Source: Mobula birostris | Lineage: Eukaryota | Assembly: GCF_030028105.1 (NCBI RefSeq) | Contig: NC_092374.1 | Location: 186,032,638-186,096,637, forward strand | Direction: 5' to 3' | Length of the DNA: 64,000 nucleotides | Shown: positions 34,522-48,032 of the stretch, piece after piece | Layout of the letters: every line of letters begins with the position of its first letter | How positions within the stretch are numbered: position 1 is the first letter of the stretch | Made by a program: the position numbers and the translations under genes | Notes under the pieces: generated by a model | Database searches by the model: none | Told to the model about the DNA's origin: nothing | Seen by the model: the letters and a program-made list of their open reading frames with translations, nothing else

Positions 34522-36460
34522 TAAACTGTGGGGGCTCGTGGGAAATGTTCTGATTTTGAGTTTAAGTGCTGGTAATTGCCATTTTGGTTTGGATAAGGGA
34601 AATACCCAATTTTTTGTTTTTGGTTTGATTGGTGTGTGTGTTGTATTCGGCATCAATGGATATTGACGGGTTTTTGAAGACGCCTGACTCGGGATCTTTA
34701 GAGAATGCGAGAAAACCTGAGGTATTGGAGATTGCTAGGAAGTTGGATATTAAAGGAATTACCAGGAATTCCACCAAGGCTTTCACACAAAGAAAAACTG
34801 CTGAACATTATATTAATTTGGAATTGTTTGATGAGGAGGTATTAGATAAGTTTCCAGTGAGTAATCTGGAAATGCAGTTACATCTTGAACAAATAAAGTT
34901 AAAGCAATTAGAAGCTGATTTGGAAAAGAGTCGGTTAGAAGCTGTAAATAAACAGAAAGAATTCGAGGCTATGGAGGTTATTAAGTTAAGGGAATTTAAA
35001 GAAAGAGAAGCTGATAACCAGAGGAAATTCGAGCTAGAGATGCAGAAATTAAAGTCTGGGAGTCATTCTTCTGGTTCTACAAAACAGTTTATTGCTAGTC
35101 GTGAGGTTATTTTAGCTCTTCCATTTAGTGAAGGTGATGTGGACACATATTTCCAACATTTCGAAACAGTTGCTCTGAGTTTAAAGTGGCTGAAAGACCA
35201 ATGGCCAGTGATGTTACAAAGTGTAATTAAAGGCAAGGCACAACAAGTTTATACAGCTTTAAATGCTGAACAAGCACTGGATTATGATATTGTTAAGCAG
35301 CACATAAGCAGGCATATGAGATGGTTCCAGAAGCGTATAGAGAAAGATTTAGAGGTTTGAAGAAATCGGTGGAAAAAACTTATGTGGAATTTGCCTATGA
35401 GAAATCTGTGTGTTTTGAGAGATGGGTTTCCTCTAAAGATGTGAATGGGGAGTATAATAAATTAAAAGAGCTGATTTTGCAGGAGGAATTCAAAAGAAGC
35501 ATTCCTTTTGAAGGGAGAACATACTTAAATGAACGGGACACTGCAACATTGCAGGAGATTGCTAAATTGGCTGATGAGTATGTTTTAATTCACAAGAATA
35601 AATTTTCTCCAGGTAAAATTTTTAAAAGGAAAAACAGCACAGAGAGTCAAGGTGAATCAGAAATTAAATCTTAAGTTAGTGAGAAAAGTAAGGATGAAGG
35701 GAGACATGTGAAGGAAAGACATTTTGGTATTATTTGTAATTATTGTAAGAAACCTGGACATGTAGTAGCTAATTGCTTCCGATTAAAAAGGGAAGAGAAA
35801 GAAGTGGCCCCAGATGCTTGTGTGCAGCATATTGAAAAAACCTGTAAAACCACAGGGTTTAGAAAATATTAATGAAGATGTTGTCAGAGTCTGACCAAGT
35901 TAAGAAGGGATATGAAGCTTTTATAACAAAGGATTTGTATCCTTGAAAGAAGGATCCAATTCAATACCAATAAGGATACTTAGAGATACTGGAGCTTCGC
36001 AATCACTAATATTAGATAGTGTGTTAAGGTTTAGTGATGAGTGTGACATTGCTGAGGTAAATTATATAAGAGGAGTAGGGAGTGCGCTTATGCTAGTACA
36101 TTTACATAGGGTAAACTTAAGGTCAGGATTAGTTACAGGGGTTGTTAAAGTAGGACTACAATCCCGTTTACCTGTGAATGATATTTCTCTTTTGTTAGGG
36201 AATGATTTAGCAGGTGGACAAGTTTTTCCTGAAGTGCATTTGACAATAAATTCAAATTCTGAGGAACCACAGAGGGATTCTAACACAGGTTCTTCCTGTG
36301 TTGTAACAAGAGCTATGGCTAAAAAGACTGATGTAAAGGATGAGGTTGTCACCCATGACAGTTGTTTTTTTTCCTTCTCGTTTATCCGTGTTTAATAAAT
36401 GTTTGGTTGTTTTTCTATAACCTGTCTCGGTTGATATTCATTGTTGTCTGTTACATAACA
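33518..36460 (+). mobile_element. Gypsy LTR retrotransposon deletion derivative: gag (SCAN-like, CCHC knuckle) + protease; RT/RH/IN and most of the 3' LTR are lost
   Basis: ORFs 34629..35360 and 35321..35674 (VPEAYRERFR); CNYCKKPGHVVANC at ~35730-35775; LRDTGASQS protease; 36361-36460 repeats only the last ~100 nt of the LTR. Confidence 0.9.
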
Positions 36461-36589
36461 TTATATATATATATAAGTAAGTAGGTCAGTAAATGTGGAA
36501 ATACATGTATGATAAACCAAGCTTCTTTAAGTCTTGGGGTAAAAAGATACAGTCTTACGATGATGAGTAAGTTTCAGTTCAGTTCAGTT

Positions 36590-37275
36590 CGTGTAGCACT
36601 TGTTCCGCTTACAAGGATAAGTGACAGGAGGGAGATCGGTGGGGAGGGATGGGGGGGACGAATGGACAAGGGAGTTGCATAGGGAGCGATCCCTGCGGAA
36701 AGCGGGGGGGGGGGGAGGGAAAGATGTGCTTAGTGGTGGGATTCCCATTCTGATATGTCTATTCACGGCCTCCTCTACTGTCAAGATGAAGCCACACTCA
36801 GGTTGATGGAACAACACCTTATATTCCGTCTGGGTAGCCTCCAACCTGATGGCATGAACATTGACTTCTCAAACTTCCGCTAATGCCCCACCTCCCCCTC
36901 GTACCCCATCCGTCCCTCTGTCTCTCTCACTATACCCCTTGCCCATCCTCTAGGCTTCCCCCCTCCCCCTTTTCTTTCTCCCTAGGCCTCCTGTCCCATG
37001 ATCCTCTCATATCTCTTTTGCTAATCAACTGTCCAGCTCTTGGCTCCATCCCTCCCCCTCCTGTCTTCTCCTATCCTTTTGGATCTCCCCCTCCCGCTCC
37101 CACTTTCAAATCTCTTACTAGCTCTTCTTTCAGTTAGTCCTGACAAAGGGTCTTGGCCTGAAACGTGGACTGCACCTCTTCCTAGAGATGCTGCCTGGCC
37201 TGCTGCGTTCACCAGCAACTTTTATGTGTGTTGCTTGAAATTCCAGCATCTGCAGATTTCCTCGTTTTTGCATTT
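36590..37275 (+). mobile_element. Penelope-like 3' fragment with terminal repeat (preceded by a short inverted piece)
   Basis: Similarity to 10900-11705; hammerhead variant at 37136-37171. Confidence 0.8.
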
Positions 37276-37419
37276 GAAAAATAAATGTGCTAGGTTTTCT
37301 AAAATTGACTCCCTCTACCTTAGGCCTCGGCCACAAACTTATCAATCACCCCTCGTATTATATCTACAACTTACTGATCACACTGAGCTGTAGATATAAT
37401 AATTTTTTTTTCATCCAAG

Positions 37420-40402
37420 TAGTAAGGTGAAAAGTAAAAGTGGCAGGCAGGCAAATCCAGGGCAAAAATCTAAAAGGGCCACTTTTCAACATAATTGTAT
37501 AAGGGCTAAGAGTGTTGTAAAAGCAAGCCTGAAGGCTTTGAGTGTCAATGCAAGGAGCATTCGTAACAAGGTGGATGAATTGAATATGCAGATAGTTAGT
37601 AATGAATATGATACAGTTGGGATCACAGAGACATGGCTCCAGGGTGACCAGGGATGGGAGCTCAACATTCAGGGATATTCAATATTCAGGAGGGATAGAC
37701 ATGAAAGAAAAGGAGGTGGGGTAGCATTGCTGGTTAGAGAGGAGATTAACGCAATAGACAGGAAGGACACTAGCTGGGAGGATGTGGAATCGATATGGGT
37801 AGAGCTGCATAACACTAAGGGGCAGAAAACGCTGGTCGGAGTTGTGTACAGGCCACTTAACAGTAGTAGTGAGGTTGGGGATGGCATTAAACTGGAAATT
37901 AGAAATGTGTGCAATAAAGGAACAGCAGTTATAATGGGAGACTTCAATCTACATATAGATTGGGTGAACCAAATTGGTAAGGGTGCTGAGGAAGAGGATT
38001 TCTTGGAATGTATGCGGGATGGTTTTTTGAACTAACATGTCGAGGAACCAACCAGAGAGCAGGCCATTCTAAACTGGGTATTGAGCAATGAGGAAAGGTT
38101 AGTTAGGCCCCTTGAGTAAGAGTGACCATAATATGGTGGAATACTTCATTAAGATGGAGAGTGACATAGTTAATTCAGAAACAAAGGTTCTGAACAAAAA
38201 AGGGTAACTTTGAAGGTATGAGACAGGAATTCCTAAGATAGACTGGCAAATGATACTTAAAGGGTTGACGGTGGATATGCAATGGCAAGCATTTAAAGAT
38301 CGCATGGATGAACTACAACAATTGTTCATCCCAGTTTGGTAAAAGAATAAACCAGGGAAGGTAGTGCACCCGTGGCTGACAAGAGAAATTAGGGATAGTA
38401 TCAATTCCAAAGAAGAAACCTACAAATTAGCCAGAAAAAGCGGCACACCTGGGGACTGGGAGAAATTCAGAGTCCAGCAGACTAGGACAAAGGGCTTAAT
38501 TAGGAAAGGAAAAAAAGATTATGAGAGAAATCTGGCAGGGAACATAAAAACTGACTGTAAAAGCTTTTATAGACGTGAAAAGAAAAGGATTGGTTAAGAC
38601 AAATGTAGGTCCCTTACAGTCAGAAACAGGTGAATTGATCATGGGGAACAAGGACATGGCAGGCCAATTGAAAAACTACTTTGGTTCTGTCTTCACTAAG
38701 GAGGACATAAATAATCTTCCGGAAATAGTAGGAGACCAAGGGTCTAGTGAGATGGAGGAACTGAGGGAAATACATGTTAGTAAGGAAGTGGTGTTAGGTA
38801 AATTGAAGGGATTGAAGGCAGATAAATCCCCAGGGCCAGATGGTCTGCATCCCAGAGTGCTTAAGGAAGTAGCTCAAGAAATAGTGTATGCATTAGTGAT
38901 AATTTTTCAAAACTCTTTAGATTCTGGATTAGTTCCTGAGGATTGGAGGGTGGCTAATGTAACCCGCTTTTTAAAAAAGGAGGGAGAGAGAAACCGGGGA
39001 ATTATAGACCGGTAAGCCTGACATCGGTGGTGGGGAAAATGCTAGAGTCAGTTATCAAAGATGTGATAACAGCATATTTGGAAAGCGGTGAAATCATCAG
39101 ACAAAGTCAGCATGGATTTTTGAAAGGAAAATCATGTCTGACGAATCTCATAGAATTTTTTGAGGATGTAACTAGTAGAGTGGATAGGGGAGAACCAGTG
39201 GATGTTGTATATTTGGATTTTCAAAAGGCTTTTGACAAAGTCCCACACAGGAGATTAGTGTGCAAACTTAAAGCACACGGTATCGGGGGTATGGTATTGA
39301 TGTGGATAGAGAATTGGTTGGCAGACAGGAAGCAAAGAGTGGGAATAAACGGGACCTTTTCAGAATGGCAGGCAGTGACTATTGGGGTACCGCAAGGCTC
39401 AGTGCTGGGACCCCAGTTGTTTACAATATATATTAATGACTTAGATGAGGGAATTAAATACAGCATCTCCAAGTTTGCGGATGACACGAAACTGGGTGGC
39501 AGTGTTAGCTGTGAAGAGGATGCTAAGAGGATGCAGAGTGACTTGGACAGGTTGGGTGAGTGGGCAAATATATGGCAGATGCAATTTAATGTGGATAAAT
39601 GTGAGGTTATCCACCTTGGTGGCAAGAACAGGAAAACAGATTCTTATTTGAATGGTGGTCGATTAGGAAAAGGGGAGGTGCAATGAGACCTGGGTGTCAT
39701 TGTACACCAGTCATTGAAAGTGGGCATGCAGGTACAGCAGGCAGTGAAAAAGGCGAATGGTATGCTGGCATTTATAGCGAGAGGATTCGAGTACAGGAGC
39801 AGGGAGGTACTACTGCAGTTGTACAAGGCCTTGGTGAGACCACACCTGAAGTATTGTGTGCAGTTCTTGTCCCCTAATCTGAGGAAAGACATCCTTGCCA
39901 TAGAGAGAGTACAAAGAAGGTTCAGCAGATTGATTCCTGGGATGGCAGGACTTTCATATGATGAAAGACTGGATCGACTAGGCTTATACTCGCTGGAATT
40001 TAGAAGATTGAGGGGGGATCTGATTGAAACGTATAAAATCCTAAAGGGATTGGACAGGCTAGATGCAGGGAGATTGTTCCCGATGTTGGGCAAGTCCAGA
40101 ACAAGGGGTCACAGTTTAAGGATAAAGGGGAAGCCTTTTAGGACCGAGATTAGGAAAAACTTCTTCACGCAGAGAGTGGTGAATCTGTGGAATTCCCTGC
40201 CACAGGAAACAGTTGAGGCCAGTTCATTGGCTATATTTAAGAGGGAGTTAGATATGGCCCTTGTGGCTATGGGGATCAGGGGGTATGGAGAGAAGGCTGG
40301 GGCGGGGTTCTGAGTTGGATGACCAGCCATGATCATAATAAATGGCGATGCAGGCTCGAAGGGCCGAATGGCCTACTCCTGCACCTATTTTCTATGTTTC
40401 TA
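37420..40402 (+). mobile_element. CR1 LINE, near-complete ORF2 (APE + RT) with several stops/frameshifts
   Basis: VNARSIRNK, GITETWL, MGDFNL (APE); [24 protein letters not shown]; intact 3' tail. Confidence 0.95.
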
Positions 40403-40444
40403 AGTCTATTGCTGATCTAGAATCAGTGTGATGAAATTGAACTA

Positions 40445-42222
40445 GAATGAAACATATAACTCCACTCAACAAACACAAAATGTTGGTGGAACACAGCAGG
40501 CCAGGCAGCATCTCCAGGAAGAAGTACAGTCGACGTTTTGGGCCAGGACCCTTCGTCAGGACTAACTGAAGGAAGAGTGAGTAAGAGATTTGAAAGTGGG
40601 AGGGGGAGGGGGAGATCCAAAATGATGGGAGAAAACAGGAGGGGGAGGGATGGAGCCAAGAACTGGGCAGTTGATTGGCAAAAGGGATATGAGAGGATCA
40701 TGGGACAGGAGGTCTAGGGAGAAAGAAAGGGGGGAGGGGGGAAGCCCAGAGGATGGGCAAGGGGTATAGTGAGTGGGACAGAGGGAGAGAAAGGAGACAG
40801 AAAAAAAATGAATAATAATAAATAAATAAATAAATAAATAGCTGATGGGGTGGGGGGGGGGGCATTAGCAGAAGTTAGAGAAGTCAATGTTCATGCCATC
40901 AGGTTGGAGGCTACCCAGACCGAATACAAGGTGTTGTTCCTCCAACCTGAGTGTGGCTTCATCTTGACAGCAGAGAAGGCCGTGGATAGACATGTCAGAA
41001 TGGGAATGGGATGTGGAATTAAAATGTGTGGCCACTGGGAGATCCTGCTTTCTCTGGCGGACAGAGCGTAGGTGTTCAGCGAAATAGTCTCCCACTCTGC
41101 GTCGGGTCTCACCAATATATAGAAGGCCGCATCAGGAGCACCGGATGCAGTATATCACCCCGGCCAACTCACAGGTGAATTGTCGTCTCACCTGGAAGGA
41201 CTGTCTGGGGCCCTGAATGGTGGTAAGGGAGGAAGTGTAAGGGCATGTGTAGCACTTGTTCCGCTTCGAGGAATAAGTGCCAGGAGGGAGATCAGTGGGA
41301 AAGGATGGGGGGGACGAATGGACAAGGGAGTTGCGTAGGGAGCGATCCCTGCGGAAAGTGGGGTGGAGGGAGGGAAAGATGTGCTTAGTGGTGGGATCCT
41401 GTTGGAGTTGGCGGATGTTACAGAGAATTATATGTTGGACCCGGAGGCTGGTGGGGTGGTAGGTGAGCAGATGTGCGTGAAATGGGAGAGATGCATTGGA
41501 GAGCAGAGTTGATGATGGAGGAAGGGAAGCCCCTTTCTTTAAAAAAAGGAGGACATCTCCTTTGTTCTCCGCAATTCTCCATAACTTCTGTTATCTCCAA
41601 TGGGATCCTACCACTAAGCACATCTTTCCCTCCCCCCCTCTCTGCTTTCCACAGGGATCGCTCCCTACATGACTCCCTTGTCCGTTCGTCCCCCCATCCC
41701 TCCCCACTGATCTCTCTCCCAGCACTTATCCTTGTACGCGGAACAAGTGCTACACATGCCCTTGACTTCTCTAACTTCCATTATTGCCCCACCTCCCCAT
41801 CTTACCCCATCCGTTATTTATTTTTTTTTTTTTTCCTCTCTGTTCTTTTTCTCCTTCTGTCCCTCTCACTATACCCCTTGCCCATCTTCTCGGCTACCCC
41901 GCCTCCCCCTTTCTTTCTCCCTAGGCCTTCCATCCCATGATCCTCTCCCTTCTCCAGCCTTGTACCCCTTTTGCCAATCAACTTTCCAGCTCTTGGCTCC
42001 ATCCCTCCCCCTCCTGTCTTCTATTATTTCGGATCTCCCTCTTCCCCTCCCACTTTCAAATCTCTTACAAGCTCTTCTTTCAGTTAGTCCTGATGAAGGG
42101 TCTCGGCCCGTAACGTCGACTGTACCTCTTCGTATAGATGCTGCCTGGCCTGCTGCGTTCAGTAGCATTTTGTGTGTGTTGCTTGAAATTCCAGCATCTG
42201 CAGATTTCCTCGTGTTTGCATA
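40445..42222. mobile_element. Divergently oriented pair of Penelope-like 3' segments (40445-~41575 minus; ~41590-42222 plus)
   Basis: GIY-YIG region on minus; both arms end in the hammerhead-bearing terminal repeat (40528-40563, 42086-42121). Confidence 0.85.
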
Positions 42223-43539
42223 TTACTCCACTTATGGGTAATGTAAAGCACTTGGTACAGGATTAACTGCCCAGTGTTCAGCTCACTGGGACTGAAGGTT
42301 AAAACAAATTCTCAGACCTGTTCATGGAAGTATAGGAGCTTGGGATAAGTTACACACACAAACTGCTGGAGGAACTTGGCAGATCAGGCAGCATCTATGG
42401 GGGAATAAACAGGAGAAATGTCACCAGTTTATTTCCAGCAACTGCAGAGCCTCTTAAGTTTGAGATAAGTTAATTGTTGATCTTGGAACAATCTGTTCTA
42501 ATTGTTTCCTTTCTGTACGTGTAAGGACAACACCATGTTGTCAACAGATTGAGAGCTGCGCAGCACAGAAACGGGCCGTTTCGCCCACCCCATTGCACCC
42601 ATCTGCCTTATTCCATTTACATCGACAGGTATTCCAGCCTTCAACTGAAACTCGATACACTGTCCCAATAGGCTTTGACCTGGGCAAAGAGGTACTGCAG
42701 TTCCGTAGGGCTCAACGGGAGTGATCCAAATTGAAGATCTTTGGAAGGCGATTAGTGGTTTTGTGGGTATTCCATAAAATTGAATCAATTACCAACTTGT
42801 CCATCAACCTTGGATTTTTCAGACTTGTGCTGGGGGTTTTCCCAGACACCGCAAGGTGTATTGTTTCCATAGAAACCGATAGAAATTAAAATACACGTGG
42901 TAGCACTTGCGTGAATGGCCTTTAATGCTCAGAAGCCCAAGTGAAACTCCATTCTGATGCAACTGAAAACGGGGAATTAAGGAGAAATATTGTACAGAGA
43001 TATGCAAACACTAAGGAATGTTAGGTTCCCCATCCCAGGCAGACAGTGAGAAGCCATTGCGTCATTTGCTTATGGATGTGTCTATTCATGCACTGAGAGA
43101 CAGTCAGCATTAAGGAGCAGGCTGAGGAATGTCAAGTACTATTTACAGCACAGAAGTATCTGCTTTTGACCTTGCCCATAGTACAGCAACCTATCCTCGA
43201 TTTTTTATAAAAGAAACAGCATTAAAAAACTCAGAACATGGTATTACTGCAGCTTAATGAAACGTTGACAAAGTGCCAATTTTTATGTATTATTCAAAAT
43301 ATCAAAACATCCAAACTCATAAAAAGAAAATTTTCTTTGGTTCAGATGCATCTCTGAGCAGAGCGACAGAAGTCTGAAGTGCAGTCCCATAAAGAGACCT
43401 ACCCATGGGCTCGGCTGAGGGCGAATCCGGTTGGTCCCCAGCACGACCCCTTCACCCTGTCCAGATAGTGCGGTTTGCGGTCCTTGCCCGCACTAACTGG
43501 GAACTACCTCTAGTGGGAGCCGAATAGGTTGCTGTAATT

Positions 43540-46500
43540 GAGAACTGGATGCCAGTTGCGCTGGATCTGGCAGAGCAATCGTGAGTGGACTGACCACAGG
43601 GCTGGGGGGCATCTCAACCTGATGGAGGTTGAGATGTTTCTGCCAACCCGGTCTGAGTGCATGGGCGGCACTAAGGTGGTGCTAGCTGGGGCTACAGCCC
43701 CAGCAGAAATTGCAATAGCCCCACCATAGCACCATCAAGAAATTAATTGCAGCTGCTTTGCTTTCTCTGTATAGTTTTGAATACAACTTGTTTCTCCAGT
43801 TGATCTAGTGAAACAGCATCCCCAATTACCATAGCACCCACGCAGCAATAAAGTTATAAACTCTGTCAGATCCACTCTACAGTTCTGCTTATTCATTCGT
43901 TGTCAATATCTTGCCGTTGCTGTCCTCAGATCAGTCAGGCTGATCTAAGATCACTTAAGGTGGTGATGTCACTCACTTCCACTCACGCGAGAGATTGATA
44001 GTATACATCCAGGCGCAGATCCGTGGTCTCGCGAGACTAACGGATGCCACACGCGCACATTGTGCTTTTACAAACTAGTGTCGACCTGTGACGTGCATTA
44101 TTTTGGCCGGTGTGAAAAATGGATCGATTTTTAGTGAGAAAACGACCTCATCCAGAGGAATCAGTCATGTCTCAGCCTGAGCATGTCTTAATTGAAAGTG
44201 ACATGCAGAAAGAAGTAAGTGGGGATGAGGACGACAGCAGTTCATCGAAGGAGTGTGAGGGCAAAGTAGAGGAACAAGAAATGGAGCGGGATTCGGAAGA
44301 GAACGTGGATGAAGCTGCTCTTAGTGCCAGTGGGAATACTGTCAGCGACGTTAGCCAGCAGCCTGAGGAAGGACACCGTCGGCCAGCATTGAAAAAGTAC
44401 CCTTCGCAACAGTTTGGCAATCAGCAAAGCAGTTTTATTCGTGGCTGGTTTGACTGACTGGAATATTCAATCACGAAAGATACTATGTTCTGCTTCGCAT
44501 GCAGGCATTTCCTGTGTGGAGAACATGGGTTCCATTCTGAGTCTACCTTCACTGTCACCGGTTACCGCAACTGGCGGTAAGCTACAATAGCTTTCAAAAC
44601 CCACCATGTAAGTGCAGCTCATAAATTTGCGATGGAGGCACGGGCCAGATTAAGATTGAGAAAACAAGACGGTTCAAGATTGGGAAATATGCTTGACAAA
44701 GGACATGCAAAGATTGTCCAAGAAAATTGTGAGTATATGAGAGCAGTGGTTGAGTCTGTACACTATACTGCGTGCCAAGGCATTGCCCAGCGAGGACACC
44801 GGGAGAATGATGGATCTGGCAATAGGGGAAACTTTGTTGAGTTGCTCAATGTAATTGGGAAGTTTGATAAGACTAGCTAAAAAAAAAAGAGCACAATCCT
44901 GGAAATGCAAAAATCACCCATCACGATATCCAAAATGAAATTATGGGTATTATGGCAGATATAGTCAGACGTCAAATAAGTGCAGAAATCAAGGAGGCTG
45001 GATATTTTGCCATCATGGTGGATGAAAGTGAAGACTTGAGTAAAAAGGGGCAAATATCAGTGGTGGTGCGGTATTTGAATAACAAAACAGTGCTTGAAGA
45101 ATTCTTGCACTTCACTCCAGCAGAAGGGTTGGACGCAAAGTCGCTTCTTAAAAGCATTGAACAGACACTCGCCCGGTGTGTTATTGATAAGAACGCGTGT
45201 ATGGGTCAGTGTAGGTCCTCATGCAAACGGAGTTTCTCTAGCCTCAGACGCGTCCAAAACTACCTAAGGAATAGCAGCGGCGATGCTCGGAACAGCAACT
45301 TGGTCCTGTTGGCCATAAACAGCCGGAGGACCAGGCACTTGACATCCAGAAAATCATTGATTCTTTCGCCACCAATCACAACAACAGACGGATTGTGCTT
45401 CTCTGAAAACATTAATGGTGAGTGCAAACAACAGGAATTCTGCAGATGGTGGAAATTCAAGCAACACACATAAAAGTTTCTGGTGAACGCAGCAGGCCAG
45501 GCAGCATCTCTAGGAAGAGGTACAGTCGACGTTTCAGACCGAGACCCTTCGTCAGGTGAGTGCAGTTGATTTTTTTAAAAATTTGGGCCAAGACTAATGC
45601 TGATTATTGTTATTATTATTTTGTGGTGGATACCCCATAGTCGTTATGTTTCCTGCAAATCCTAAAATATTACATTTACTGCTATTAAGCCTACTGGTTT
45701 TGCTTAGACTTCCAAGCGGTGATTCTGTTTATTTTTTTGTTTTAAATTCAATTAACTGAGGTATTGCATGGTCAGAGTATGATTTGTCCAACTCCAGGTA
45801 AAGCCTTGCATCTGTCGTTTGCCTTATTTGACTTTAATAACGGCGTATCTTTTGGCATTGCTGTCTGTGTAATGCGAATAGCAGTGGGTTAGTTTTGTGT
45901 TTTTTTAGTTGAAAAGCACGCATTTGACGCTGACTGCGGGATTGGCGCGTGATTCACGTTGTCCGCTGTTGCTCGGATGCTCTGTTTGTTTTTTTTTGTT
46001 ATTTATGCTCCGTGTAGCCCAGGTTGTCTCCGATGCCGTTGACACTGAAACAGTTCACTTCTATATTAGATCTATCGATTGCTGTTGCTTGTGAATCAAC
46101 AGAGGCGTTTTTAGTAGGTACATAATGCTTGAAACTGACTTTTTAACGCCTCGCGTCTGGCCTTGCGAATACATATTACCATACAGTGCATCCCTCAGCA
46201 CCATCACTGAATCATTTTGTCCCTCCGTAGCACCAGCAAGAAAAAATCTCTGGCGCCGCCACTGTCTGAGTGCCCAAGATCCGATTACAGAGAAGGGTGT
46301 TGAATCCCAACGAGAACAGTCTAGCTACTAGTCTCTGAGGGATGATCTCGTTAAGCGCCGAGCCGAAGTCGATGAACAACATCCTGGCATCGCTTTCGAG
46401 GTGGGACAGGACGGACTGGGCTGCGGCAATGCCATCATCAGTGGAACGGTTTGAGTGGTAGGTGAACTGGGAAGGGCCCAATGTCGCTGAAAGGTGGGAT

Positions 46501-47070
46501 TTCATACGATCCATTACCAGCTGCTCAAAGCACTTCATGATCTATCGTTGAGCGCAGGATGGACTTGTAATCAGTGATGGTTTAAAAACCTTGCCCCATG
46601 CGCCGCCTGTCCCTGGTGTCACAAACGATGTCCATGGATTTTCTCTGCGTACTCACACTTTGGCCATCCTGATATCACGGGTCTTGCTGACCTTATGTTG
46701 TCCAGTCTCCCGATCTAAAGGCAGCGCCCCGATCCCTAAGCAGTGCACGAACCTCCCTCCGCAGTCAGAGATGGTATCTGGTTTGCCCTGGCGTTACCCG
46801 TTTGATCTCGGGAAAGTCCTTAATGCATTTTCCCGTGTAGCCGGTCACCGATCCCGCATATTCAATGCCGATGTGATGATCGTAGGTAGCCGCATTCCTG
46901 GATATGTTGCAGAACATATTTTCAAAGCAACTGTGCAGCACCTTCTGGCCAGGTCCTGATCTCCCTGTGAGCGGGTTTGACTCCTAACCAGTGCTCTGTA
47001 TGCAGGGATTAGCAAAAGGGATTGTGGTTTGCGTATGCGAGGTGATGGCGGGATATGACCTTCACGAGCA
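43540..47070 (-). mobile_element. Degenerate Rex1/Babar-type LINE, split by the hAT insertion
   Basis: MKCFEQLV..QFTY..RSTDD..MLFIDF (46270-46538) continues across the TSD into VGRNISTSI (43600-43659). Confidence 0.75.
43660..46264 (+). mobile_element. hAT DNA transposon (ZMYM1/DUF4371-type transposase), internally deleted, non-autonomous
   Basis: Perfect 8-bp TSD TCTGAGTG (43652-43659 and 46265-46272). Imperfect TIRs CATGGGCGGC / GCCGCCACTG. TTF zinc finger FCFACRHF, NRGNFVELL, AIMVDES, and dimerisation remnant SCKRSFSSLRR. Confidence 0.93.
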
Positions 47071-47829
47071 TTTGTGTAAACATGTCTAATATATTACAAA
47101 CAGAGAATATCTGCAGATGCTGGAAACCGAAGTAATAAGCACAAAATGCTGGAGGAACTCGGCAGGCCAGGCAGTATCAACGGAAAAGAGTAACCAGTCG
47201 ACTTTTCGGGCCGCGACCCTTCATAAAGACTGATATCTTCTCTCCCCGGTTGCGAAGCTGACATGTTTGTAGAACCATTGCAGGACTGTCAACTTCTTAC
47301 TCGGACTCCTCATCTTTTTTCCCCCTTCAGTCCCGATGAAAGGTCGAATGTACTCGTTTCCATAGATACTGCCCGGCCTTCTGAGTTATTCCATCCAGCA
47401 TTGTGTGTATTGCTTGGGTTTCCAGCGTCTGCAGATTTTCTCCTGTCTGTTTTGAAGTTGAAACGATTGAAGTCCCCAGCAACACCATAGCAGACATCCC
47501 ACTCTGCAAAAACTGATCTCAGGGAGGTAGCATCATCAATTTGCGGGAGACTCCTGGAACTTCCGGGAGAGGTGGGATGTCTGCAATAGAGTAGCTCCTT
47601 AGAAGCTAGCCAGCTAGTTTAAATAACATTAGCAAAGCCAATGAACGAATGACACCTGTTAAACTCACCTCAATATGTCTTTTACAGTCTTACCCACCAT
47701 GGGCAATAGAAAAGTCACTGTTGCAAACAGTGCAGCAGCAACACTGTCATTATTTTTGACCCCTATTAGGCAGGGGTGCACTTTAGTGTAGTCTGTGGTG
47801 AGGTACGTTTCATATTTTCTTTTTTTGGA

Positions 47830-48032
47830 ACACTCTCACTCTTGCTCTCGCTCTCTCTCTTGCTCTCTCGTGGTTGCTCACTCGCTCTCGCTCCCCCTGC
47901 GCTTGCTTTCTTGCTATTGCGCGCTCTCTCTCTCGCTCGTGGTCGCTCTCACTCGTGCTCGCTCTCTTGCGCTTGCTTTCTCGCTCTTGCTCTCACTCTC
48001 TCGCGCTTGCTTTCTCTCTCTCTCTCTCTCTC
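47830..48032. repeat. Degenerate (CT)/(CTCG)-rich microsatellite
   Basis: Direct reading of the sequence. Confidence 0.85.
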
